NCBI RefSeq assembly: GCF_009914755.1
Contig: NC_060932.1
DNA: 64,000 nt
Origin: the human T2T-CHM13v2.0 reference genome, Homo sapiens
Reading direction: 5' to 3' (one strand)
Made by a program: the position numbers and the translations under genes. The notes beneath the pieces are model-generated. The model was not told where the DNA came from. It did not search any database and worked only from the letters and a program-made list of their open reading frames with translations. Below are positions 52,882-64,000 of the stretch, one piece after another (within the stretch, counting starts at the first letter, position 1; each line of letters starts with the position of its first letter).

Positions 52882-55076
52882 TAAAACAATGGCCAGTCTC
52901 TAAGGTCCACTGGTGGGCCTTTAGGAGCAGCAACTCCAAGTGAGGTGTTCCCCACTTTACCCTGACCTGCCAATGAGCCCAACTTTGCAAGACAGTGGTA
53001 TAAGTGTCCAACAGCTTCAAAGCATGTGGGAGGAATATATGATGAATGCATGTCATGGATTGGTGAACTGATCAAAATACAATGGCTCACAGATTGAATA
53101 AGAAAAAAATGGGGGAATAAATAAATACCTTATTTCACAACAAAGAACTAATGGAATTCTAAGTGTATTTTCATAAAATGAAGTTCTGCATTTTTAAAGT
53201 ATCATTTACATGTGTTAAAAATAATGAGAATATACTTTAGAATTATCTGTTGTGAAACTATTATAAAAGTGGCAACTATTTTAACATACTTTTTTTAAAA
53301 AGCTTTTATTGTTTAAAAAAAGGCAGCTTAGAGTTTTTATTTTTGTATGATGCCTCATTACAATTTTATTTTTCAAAAAGTTGTCAGTATAAATAAACAT
53401 ATCAATTTCAACTGTAAAAAGATACTTTAAAAATCTAATGCATCACTATTTTCTAGAGATGACAATTCAATTCCTTATGTATACATTCGTTTAAAATTCC
53501 TGGAAAAGAAGAAAGGATATGTGGAAGATTTTGAGGTGAATAATGAAATAATTTGATGATTCTTAGAGGCAACAAGTCAAGAGTCTTTGTTTAACCTTAA
53601 AACTGTCTGCCACTCAAACTAGGTAAAAAGCATTATGAATCTACTTGGTTATCTAATACATAATTTCTCAAGATTCTCTAGTTGAAAATGCTTTTTAAGA
53701 TTTTTATAACATGAAATTATTGCTGCTGGAAACATTATCTCAATATTCCTCTTACTATTTTGTTTATAAATAAACTAATAACTAAGAAAGTTTCTACCAG
53801 CTTAGTATCTTTTCTATTATCCAGCAAGAAAACAAAAACAATGCCAGATTAATCACTTTTTTGAAGTTACTAGAGAAATTTTATATTTCCAATATCATTT
53901 TGGAAAAGAAAGGAGCTGACTTCTCTGCAGAATAATAAAACTGATTTTTAAATTTCTATCTAAAGTTTAAGTTCCTCTTTTGTTTCTCAATATTAAATGC
54001 AAAATCACACCTGTCCATTAATCATACATATGTCTCCACATCTCTAGATAATAGTCAATAATTGAAGTAAAATTTGTCCAATAGGAGGAAAAACCATTTG
54101 TTAAAGGAAACAATGACTAGGTAGAGACATCATGTTTCTGAATTTCTGATTTAAACAATATTATCTTTGAAAACAACACCCAACAATGATGACATCTTGG
54201 CTGATTTTTGACATTGGAATATTCTAAACTCTCTACCATCACTACTGGAAGCTAGAAGACATCACAGAAAAAAAATGATGATATTCAACTCACAAAACAA
54301 TTTTCAAGGTCAATCTATTAAAAAGTGTTATTATGCAATAAATTATGAAGCAAATTTTAGAATTTTTATCGCTTTGTTGGTTTTTTCCCTTCTCTTGCCC
54401 ACTGGGGTGTCCAATCAATAATTTATTAAAATTGTTAAAGCTCCCCTCCCAGGGAGGGGACCTTTGGTATCTCGCTGGACGTCTCTGCATTTCAAAGCCT
54501 GTCTGATGTCATGTAGGTGACTAATCATCACTTTTTTTGTTGACTTAAGACATAATTCTCAAATGACCAAATGAAACCATCTATATAAAGTCCTTAGCAT
54601 CATGCCAGCAAAGAGTGAATACACCATAAATCTTAGCTGTCATTACGTATGGTTAATATCATCATCATTATATTGTTACCTCTTAGTAAACATTCTTAAA
54701 TATATGAATTATGAAAACCTCTCCATATTAGATTCATCAAAATTTTTTGTTGCTCTCCATCAATATCTTTATTTACTTTGAAAAAGTTAGTTTCTCTCTT
54801 ACTTGTTCTATTTTTTTAAATTTCTGCTTATCCCTGACCCTGTCTTTGTCTTCCCCTGTTTTTCTCCTCTTTCACTTCCTCTGCTCCTTTTCTTCTATAT
54901 TTAAATGTATTGTTCTTTAAATATATTTTACAGTATATATTATGTACCTAGTTTTCTTTTATCTACACATGCTCTGAATTTTCTATTTGGAGAAGTTGGC
55001 ACAGAAAGGCAAACTACAGTAAGTGACTCTTCTTCTTCTGAAGATCCTTTAAAATTTAGAATTTCCTAGTTTTCTT

Positions 55077-55087
55077 CTTCTTCTTCT

Positions 55088-55137
<50 letters not shown>

Positions 55138-55416
55138 AGAAGGAGTCTTGCTCTGTCACCCAGGCTGGAGTGATGTGGCGCAGTCTCGGCTCACTGCAAA
55201 CTTCGCCTCCCAGGTTCAAGTGATTCTTCTGCCTCAGCCTCCCGGGTGGCTGGGATTACAGGCGTGCACCACCAGACCCAGCTAATTTTTGTATTTTTAG
55301 TAGAGACGGGGTTTCACCATCTCAGCCTGACTGGTCTTGAACTCCTGACCTTGTGATCCACCCGCCTCGGCTTCCCAAAGTGCTGGGATTACAGGCATGA
55401 GCCACTGCGCCCAGCC
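55077..55416 (-). mobile_element. AluS (Sg-like) with T47 and (CTT)n tail
   Basis: Reverse Alu; TSD cctag(t/a)tttctt. Confidence 0.93.
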
Positions 55417-55456
55417 CCTAGATTTCTTAAATCAAGTTTTTCATCTCATGATCTGG

Positions 55457-55725
55457 CAAGGGTCACAAATTTAGTGCCTCCAAATTCAGGAAGGCAAATT
55501 AAAAAGTGACGCTGGCAAAATGCTCCCTCTGGCAAACTGGGGAGAATGCAGGCAGCTGCAAACAATTGCTGCCCAGGGGAACTATAAATCCATTTTGTCC
55601 AAATCTTCTGATTTTTCAAGAGAAGGTAGAATTATGAAAGATTTTTGTAAAATCTACAAACTATTAAATGTTAATATTCAATTTGTAAGTCTTTAAAACA
55701 CTGTACAAGACCCTCAAAATATGTA
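55457..55725. mobile_element. MER102-like hAT-Charlie element
   Basis: ccaaatcttctgatttttcaagagaag...aaatct...ttaaatgtt...aaaacactgt. Confidence 0.7.
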
Positions 55726-55742
55726 AAATCTTTGACACTTAG

Positions 55743-56137
55743 GTGTGTCAAAGATGTTGAGCTCAGCACAGAATATGCTTCCCATTCTGCTGGGCACAGT
55801 TGTTGCTTCTAAGAGGCTGCTCAGCAGAAAATAAATTTCCCAGTATCCATTGCAGTTAGGTGAAGCCAAAAAATGGAGTTTTCGCCAAAAACATGTGAAT
55901 GGAAGTGATGGGTCCATAGAAACTACCCATGTAAGCCTCCTCCATGTGCTCTTTCCTTTCTGGCTGGGTTGAATGGAAAGAAGCACAAAGCCATCATCAT
56001 TTTGGGACCTCATATGATTGCATGAAGATGGACTATCATACCCACCAGCTCATTCAAAGAGGATTGTTCTGTCTGCAAGATTGTGATTAAGACACATGTT
56101 TGTAGATCCAATTATTACAAAGTTAGCCTCCACTAAC
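55743..56137 (+). mobile_element. LTR16-like ERVL LTR
   Basis: atttcccagtatccattgcagttaggtg...atgtgaatggaagtgatg...gctctttcc...gaagatgg. Confidence 0.65.
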
Positions 56138-56439
56138 TCAGTAAATTTAGATTTTAAAAGATAAGTTGATCTTCTAGCTTTAGAGTTTTTAATATGCAAC
56201 GAATTACTGAACCCAGATTTTTGTCCACCATTTCACTGACCAGAGGAAATTCTAAATTTTAAGAGACATTTAGAAGAAGGCGTCATTAAGTATAGTTTAC
56301 CTCTCTATGCCAACTTCTCCAGTACAAAATTCAGAGCATGTGTAGGGAAAAATAACAAGCATAGAATGTCCACTTTAAAATGCACTTAAAGATAAACTAC
56401 ACTACTGTGAAATTTTATATAACGTAAATTTATATTAAT

Positions 56440-56660
56440 TTAGTTCTTCTTATACTTTGAAAGTTTATTTTTTATTGTAACACCTCTATAAAGTAGGTAT
56501 CTTGTATCCATTTTACAGATGAGGAAACTGAGGCACAGAGAATTTAAGTGACACGATCAAGGTCATATAACTAGTAATTGACAAAGCTAGGATATTGGAA
56601 CCAGGCAATTTGGCTCCAGAGTCTATATCCTCAGCCACTAAATTATATTACTCTCCCAGA
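56440..56660 (-). mobile_element. MIR
   Basis: ccattttacagatgaggaaactgaggcacagagaatttaagtgac. Confidence 0.85.
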
Positions 56661-57219
56661 GTTTGTTTGGCTTTTTAAAAATTCCCTTTCAGAATTTCTC
56701 GAAAGTTTATTTTAGTTGATGCTTTTACTCTACACTGCTATGCATATTCTTTGTGTCATAATAGTGGGGAGCAATGATGGACCCAAAAGAAACCATCATG
56801 AGAAAAATTCTCAAGCCAATTTGGGTGACTTTTCCACCGATTAACAATTATGTCAACTCTTCAGCTTCCTCCAATTTGAATTTATTACATTTTTAAATAT
56901 GAATATGCTGGTTCTCAAATTCTGCTAATAAAAAGTATAAAAGTTAACATGCAGACAGTTTTTTATGGCAGCCTGCTTTAGGTAAAATTTATCACAAAAA
57001 TGTTTAGATGTTTTTAGATAGTGATTATAATATTGTATTCATTTATAAACTACTTTGTAGTTTATAAAGCATACGCATACTCAAGGAAATGAGATAATCA
57101 TCTCATAAAGAGATCGGCACCCTCATGTTCACTGAGACATTCTTCACAGTAGCCAGCATATGGGAACAACGCAAGTGTCCATGGGTGAAAAAACAGATAA
57201 AGAATCTGTGGTAGATGTA

Positions 57220-57576
57220 CAGATAATCTCTAACTTATGAGGGTTGTACTTATGATTTTTCAAATCTATGATGGCGTGAAAGTGATATACATTCAGTATA
57301 AAACGTACTTTAAGTGCTTATACAATCATTCTGTTTTTCACTTTCAGAATTCAATGAATTACATGAGGTACTCAACACTTTGCTATAAAATAGGCTTTCT
57401 GTTAGATGATTCTGTCCAACTGTAGGCTAATGTAAATGTTCTGAGAATGTTTAAGGTAGCCTATGCTAAGCTACGATGTTTGGTAGGTTGGATGTATTAA
57501 ATACATTTTTCCACTTAGGATATTTTTAGTTTATGATTGGTTTATTGGGCCTTAACCCGCTGTCAAGGAGCATCTG
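57220..57576 (-). mobile_element. MER47A (TcMar-Tigger MITE)
   Basis: CAGAT...CATCTG termini flanked by TA; ccaactgtaggctaatgtaaatgttctgag. Confidence 0.85.
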
Positions 57577-57927
57577 TATAGAATGGAATATTATTTATCC
57601 AAAAAAAGAATGGCATCTTGCCATTTGCCAAAACATGGATAATCCAGTTAAGTGAAATCAGTAAGGCACAGAAAAAAAATTGCACAATCTCACTTATATG
57701 TCAAACACACAAAAAATTCAGATATACAGAGATAGAAAAAATAGTGCTTACTAGAAATGGGGGTGGGAAGAAACGAAGAGATGTAGCTCAAAGGATACAA
57801 ATGAGCAGGTATGTGTGATGAACAAGTCTAGAGATCCTAATGTACAACATGAGAACTACAGGTAACGAAATTGTATTGGAGATTCATGCTAAATGAGTAG
57901 ATTTAAATGAAAAGAAAGGCTATGTTA

Positions 57928-57930
57928 GAT

Positions 57931-57975
<45 letters not shown>

Positions 57976-57990
57976 GTAGACAGATAGATA
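57928..57990 (+). repeat. (GATA)n tetranucleotide STR
   Basis: About 11 perfect GATA units plus variant units. Confidence 0.95.
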
Positions 57991-58493
57991 TGTTCATTTG
58001 CTTCACTATGGTAACATTTTTACTGTTTATATGTATCCCACAACATCATGTTGTATACATTAAGTGTACATGATAAAATGTATTTTTAAAAAATCAATGA
58101 AAATAAGAAAAATGAAAAATAAAAAGCATGCAAAGAGAAATAAGCCATCTAATCATTCTGATTTTGATATAATCCAATCGTTGACCCCAGTACTCCTGTC
58201 TTCCACCCAGTCTCTTACGCCTTCCAACTGTGACAGACAAAACCTCTTATCTTCAGGCGTGGGGGTGGGGAGAAGGGGAAAAGAAAGATGGAGTAGAAAG
58301 CTATCAGAAGAAGATGAGGGGGTACAGTTGAGTCTCCCATTCCCACTATTATCTGTTCCTAATATCCTCAATATGAATGGAGGAAATACCAACAACCAGG
58401 AGATTTCTGAAATCCCTGCTGCACTCTTAGACTTCCCAAGCAGCAGTAGAACCCGGGATTGCTTCCACTAATATTTGAGCCAGAAAACAAAAC

Positions 58494-58511
58494 TGCCAAC
58501 AGGTGGCACTA
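58494..58511 (+). promoter_or_regulatory. Candidate CTCF motif
   Basis: TGCCAACAGGTGGCACTA; one mismatch to CCASYAGRKGGCRS; motif match only. Confidence 0.5.
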
Positions 58512-60119
58512 AACGATAAATAAGAAATGGACAACTTTGGATGGAATTCCTTGGGGGCTAGCTGGGCTCACCTAGTCAGTTCACTAACCTTGAAAAAATG
58601 CAGCTCCTTATTTTATGGAATTTAATTGTGTTGTTTCCTACATATTAACTAATGGCAGGAGTGTAAAGTACTTTCCAGTACACTATCTTATTTGATATAA
58701 TGACCCTAAGAAATGGGTATGGTTTATATATTATTATTGTACCTTTGGTAGAAGAAATTGAAGCACAGAGATTAAACGTGATGTTGATTAATACAGAAAA
58801 TCGTATTATTGATTGCTGATTTTGAAAATAAATTCAAAAAATAATTTTAAATGGAGGTTTTTTAATTACTCTATTATAAAAGCTCTGAGTATAACACTGT
58901 ACCTTAACTCAGGTAAATGGTTTCCATGGCAGCCACTGTAATACAGCTCACATATGTTATTCTCTTGCCATGTAACATCCAACATACAAGATGCTAAGGT
59001 CTGAGAACAGTTGCTACTTACATGCCCTTTACACTGTGTTCCTCAAATAGCAGCTGTCTTAATCAAGCTATTGGCATCATTATAACACTATCCATCAGCT
59101 TAGACAAGGGAGCAAGTCTTAGTGCTTTGCTATATATAGCCAGCAGACATAGATCCAATTTACGGGATAACTATCTCATATTTTTAAAATATAAGTTTTA
59201 AAGAAGCAACATGCAGAAGAACTTCTTCCAGTTTTACACTAATTAGAATTAGATTTTCACTTTTTTAAGCTACTTTAAAGAAGCATTAATAATCTGAGAA
59301 AGAAGCATTAACAATCTTGTATCCATACTGTAGTTTAAAGAAGCATTAATAACATGAGATCCATACTATAATTTAAAAATTAGGATTATAACTCAGAGCT
59401 GTCAATACATACAAGGCTGTCATGCTATTAATGAGACTTACAGAAAACCTTATACTGGCTTTGACTGTTTTTTTTCTCTTAAAGTCTTAAATTAATATTT
59501 AGCATTGGTTAGGAAAGGAATAATAATAGTTGTACCTAAAATATGTGTCTATATCATAGAGAGATACTAGATTGCACTGTTTAATTGTGTAATAGTAAAA
59601 AAAAAAAAAGCCATAAGAATTTGAAAAGAATGTTCAACTAAGAATCCCGTTAATTTGAGTAAGGTAGATGCATTTGCTTTGAAAACTAATGAGTTTGTTA
59701 AAGGGTTCTATAATGGAGGGAAAATTAGTCTAATAATAGAGACTTGCACTTCAAACATTAGTCTAGGAGAAATAAAAATAGACAAACTCATTCTCAGTTC
59801 TGCATTACTAATTCAGATTGTTGAGCCCATAAGGCTCCAGGCACTTAATAATAAAACTCACTTGTATCAAATCTATGACTTGTTCTTTTGCAGGGCAAAT
59901 CTTTTCCTTATGAATGGGGCACTAAACACGCTTTAGATTTCAGAAGTAACTCATGGAAAAAGGAAATGTTTACAGCCTGTTAGCATTCTCATTTACCATT
60001 TCAGTTACTTGGAAGTAAAACTTAACGTTAATGTTAATCTGAAATATTAATATTAAGAATGGGTACTTTAAAAGGAAGATAGCCCCTCAAAATAAAAGAA
60101 AGATGAAAAACATTAAGTA

Positions 60120-60292
60120 CATGTTTCATCAATTTAAAAAACTTTTTCACACGTTAGTACTGCAGAAATTAAGATGCATCTTCTCATCAATAATGTGTCA
60201 TAGTATAATTGGAAGCATTTTTTTCTTTCTTGGTGGTACAAGAAAAACTGTTCATCTTAAAATGAATGGTTTTTAGATTCAATGAAATATGT
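60120..60292. mobile_element. MER104-like (TcMar-Tc2) MITE
   Basis: Imperfect TIRs catgtttcatcaat / attcaatgaaatatg; internal tgtgtcatagtataattgg. Confidence 0.7.
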
Positions 60293-60933
60293 TATCTGGT
60301 TTCTGCCTCTCTGCTGAAACGGAATGAATATGTTTTCCCTACTTATGTTGCCTTTACCTCCTTTTTCTTGCTTTTAAAATGTATTTTAAAGAGTCTCCTG
60401 CTTTTCCCTAATATTTTCATGGTGATGGTTCAAGCTTTGTGTGTGTACGTACATGACTATTTTGCATATATTATGTATATATACAATTCTTTAGCTAGAC
60501 AAATTATGGAATACACTGAAAGTAAGGAATTTGAAGTTATTATATTGGGGGGGAGAAGACAATAGAGACCTCATATAAGGTTGGGAAACTCATGCAGTAG
60601 TGAGATAGTCATGTTTTAGCAATAGCTTGTTGCACAATGACTTGGAGACATTTGCTTTGACATTGACAATGACACAAACATACACATTAAAAACATTCTA
60701 GGATATTATAATAATGCCAATTTCCCTAAACTAAACCTTTCTGCCTAAATCTTATTTTTATAATATCAAGTGATATATACTTTTTCTATACCATTGCAGT
60801 AAGCAATTATTTTTCTTATTTATTGTTACAACTTGGTGGCTTCGTTTTTGTATGTGTGTCACTTGTATTTCAAAATTATATGCAAATGCTATTGAAATAG
60901 AATAAGTCATAGAGAATTATGCTGTATTCTTCT

Positions 60934-61235
60934 TTTCTTTTCTTTTCTTTTTTTGAGACGGAGTCTCGCTGTCACCAAGGCTGGAGTGCAGTGGCGCGAT
61001 CTCGGCTCACTGCAGGCTCCGCCCCTCGGGCTTCACGCCATTCTCCTGCCTCAGCCTCCCGAGTAGCTGGGACTACAAGCGCCCGCCACCTCGCCCGGAT
61101 AATTTTTTTGTATTTTTAGTAGAGCCGGGGTTTCACTGTGTTAGCCAGGATGGTCTCGATCTCCTGACCTCGTGATCCGCCCGCCTCGGCCTCCCAAAGT
61201 GCTGTGATTACAGGCGTGAGCCACCGCGCCCGGCC
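60934..61235 (-). mobile_element. AluY (Ye-like)
   Basis: CpG-rich; caggctccgcccc and ccacctcgcccgg variants; TSD tgctgtatt(c/t)ttct. Confidence 0.93.
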
Positions 61236-63324
61236 TGCTGTATTTTTCTCTTGTAATTTCTCACTTTTCCTGATACAGTTCAAATAATGTTATTTAAAGG
61301 ACTGATTAACTGGGAGCATTCATCTCCTCAGCCTGCTTGTAAATAATATAAAAATGCATAATATAAAAATGCACATTTTAGGTAATGAAAATAGATGTAC
61401 AATATTTTAGGTGTTACTTTCATAATCACATTCTAGCTATTATTGCATGCCTTGACTGAGGTTCAATACAGAATCATCAGCCACTTTCTTATAGAAGAAA
61501 TAAGTCAATAAGTAACATTATGAAGTTGAACAAATGTGAATAAAGCAGCATTGGTGCATCTAACTTACACTTTATTATTTGGACTAAATTAGGTGAAGTC
61601 TATAAAATTTACATTTCTTACTGTGGTAATAGTTTGCAGTTATTCCTTTCTTGGTGCTTCTGATAGTTTATTTTGCGGAACAAACATAACTCTGTTGAAT
61701 ATTGTAACAGATATTCCATATACTTCTTCAAAATGGTCTTCTATTGTCTTTACTCACACTAAAATTACAGTATAGAATTTTTAAATGTGAATATAAATAA
61801 TTACCCAGTAATTGTCAGATGTATATATATTAAACACATGTATATGTGATCTGTATACACAAACACACACACAAACCATTCATATTTCATGTTGTTCTCA
61901 TCAAAATTTACAAAGCGGCAATTCACCTGTGTTGAAATCTTAGCAATGGGAATGTTGTTAGTTAAAATTTTAAATCTTCTAGCCTTGTCTTTCCCATTTG
62001 ACAGTGGTAAGCATAGAGTGTACTGAACTGTATAGACCAGTACAAATCTTCTGAGTCTTTGGGGACTCTTTCTGGCCTGAAATAAAAATGTTTTAGACAC
62101 AAATGATTCAGCCAGGAATAAACCTCTGCTCCTGAACTTCAATGTCTCATTAATTCTTGAACATTTCAAGGTTTTTAACATCCAAACTCAATAAAAAAGC
62201 TGTTATTTTCTGTTATTTTCAGGTCAAGACATAAATGATAATACTAGTTCCAAAGAGCTTTCCAATTTGAAACTATTTATAGTTCAAATTTTTATTTTCA
62301 TAAGAAATTCTGAATTTCAAATTGCATGATAAATTCACAGGTAATATCTGCTTCACAGATAAGTCATAATACGAGAGGGTTCAGCTTATTGGATGTGATC
62401 TTAGCAACTCAGACTGCCTAACACTAAAGCAAACAAAATATGGTTGCAAAATTTGATCCAAAATAAGACGCTTATACAGCTCAAAACATAGTATTCAATG
62501 TCAGAGCAAGCTTGGCTCTGGTCTGGCAATTATCAATTTTTGAAATGTATGAGGACAGATAAGGTTACTCCAGTGCTGTAAGTAACAGTCAGCAAGAAGT
62601 TCACGTCTAGGAGACTAGGAGTACTTAGAGCTAGGTAAGTTAATGACCGCATTGTAAAGTGTGACAATCTGCTCATTCACTACACAACTCCAGTCTTTGG
62701 CTGTGAAGTGTCATCCTTCATACCTTCACTGGCTGAAATGATCCATTCCTCTAGGAGGACACTGACAAGAATTAGGCCATATCAGTCCTAATATCAGATC
62801 CTTATTCAAATAGGTTAATACTTAAGCAATCCTCTAGTCCTGGAGGAGACTATGTTAGGGAAAGAAAATGAGTTCTCAAGACTAAGTAGGTATTTCAGGA
62901 TACCAAAATGCTCAGGTGCTAAGCCCTAATCTCTTGGGAGCCGGAGTTACTGGAAGGCCTTGGAACAAAAGCACATAGTAGCTTAACCAAATGTGGCTTA
63001 GTTTTTATGCTTCACATGAAGTTAGGAAGTACATAGTCCAGGCTTGGTGCATCTGCTCACGTGTGCCCTCAAAAATTCAGTTGCCTTCCATCTTTCTAAT
63101 CTGCCGTTCCCAAAGTGGATCTTTTCTCCTCATGGTCACAAAATGCCTGCCTATTCTATCCATATTCCTGGCAGGATGACTGGCTTTTTTATTCATGAAC
63201 AAAAAGCCATCTCCAATATTTTATTATCTGTACTTCAAATATGGCTCTATTATCCTATTTTCCTTAACAATGATACGTAGTCTAATTATAGATATTATTT
63301 TACATTTTTCAAAATGTAGCCTAA

Positions 63325-63771
<447 letters not shown>

Positions 63772-64000
63772 TGATTAATAAACAGGAAGAAAAGAAAGGC
63801 AAATGCTACCATTTCGTGTGGGATATTCATGATGAAAAGTCACCTTCAAATATGGCATTCAAGAAAAGTGATAGTAGCATATGGTAACTCTTCTAGGCTA
63901 ATGTGTGATTTAAAATTCAGGGTTTAAAGGTATATTGGTTTGAGGACAAAGAGAATCCTTTTGGAACATTGAGACACTGGAAAAACAATACGACTCCCCT

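Larger units (their letters stand above)
57070..58095 (+). mobile_element. L1MA (L1MA4/5-like) 3' end
   Basis: caaaggatacaaa...gatgaacaagtctagagatcctaatgtacaacatgag; interrupted by MER47A and (GATA)n. Confidence 0.8.

Noticed and set aside
58064-58471. 135-aa ORF
   Set aside because: Starts in an L1MA tail at a non-ATG codon, with no recognisable domain or clear exon boundaries

Overview
AT-rich, gene-poor primate genomic DNA, probably ape or human given the AluY/Ye-like, L1PA3-5 and LTR17 content. It is intergenic or deep intronic, and more than half is interspersed repeat. I found no recognisable host coding exon, RNA gene or CpG island; ORF-track entries are L1, Alu or LTR remnants or chance ORFs. 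Main elements: (i) an L1PA4/5 with both ends and an 18-bp TSD (8822-13445), with an antisense HERV-W solo LTR (LTR17) in its 5'UTR splitting ORF0 and a ~2.4-kb ORF2 deletion; (ii) a 5'-truncated L1PA3/4 with a second, older L1-like tail; (iii) a twin-primed L1PA15-like insertion; (iv) a near full-length L1MA with nested Alus, a nested L1PA and an inverted templated copy of its own inter-ORF sequence; (v) an LTR-dense block at 40.7-51.3 kb with a complete MSTA-type MaLR and four ERV1 solo LTRs, two of them back-to-back. Subfamily names come from recalled consensus sequences and need RepeatMasker/Dfam confirmation; boundaries of old repeats are approximate. I found no convincing new biological system; the findings are mechanistic or regulatory curiosities.
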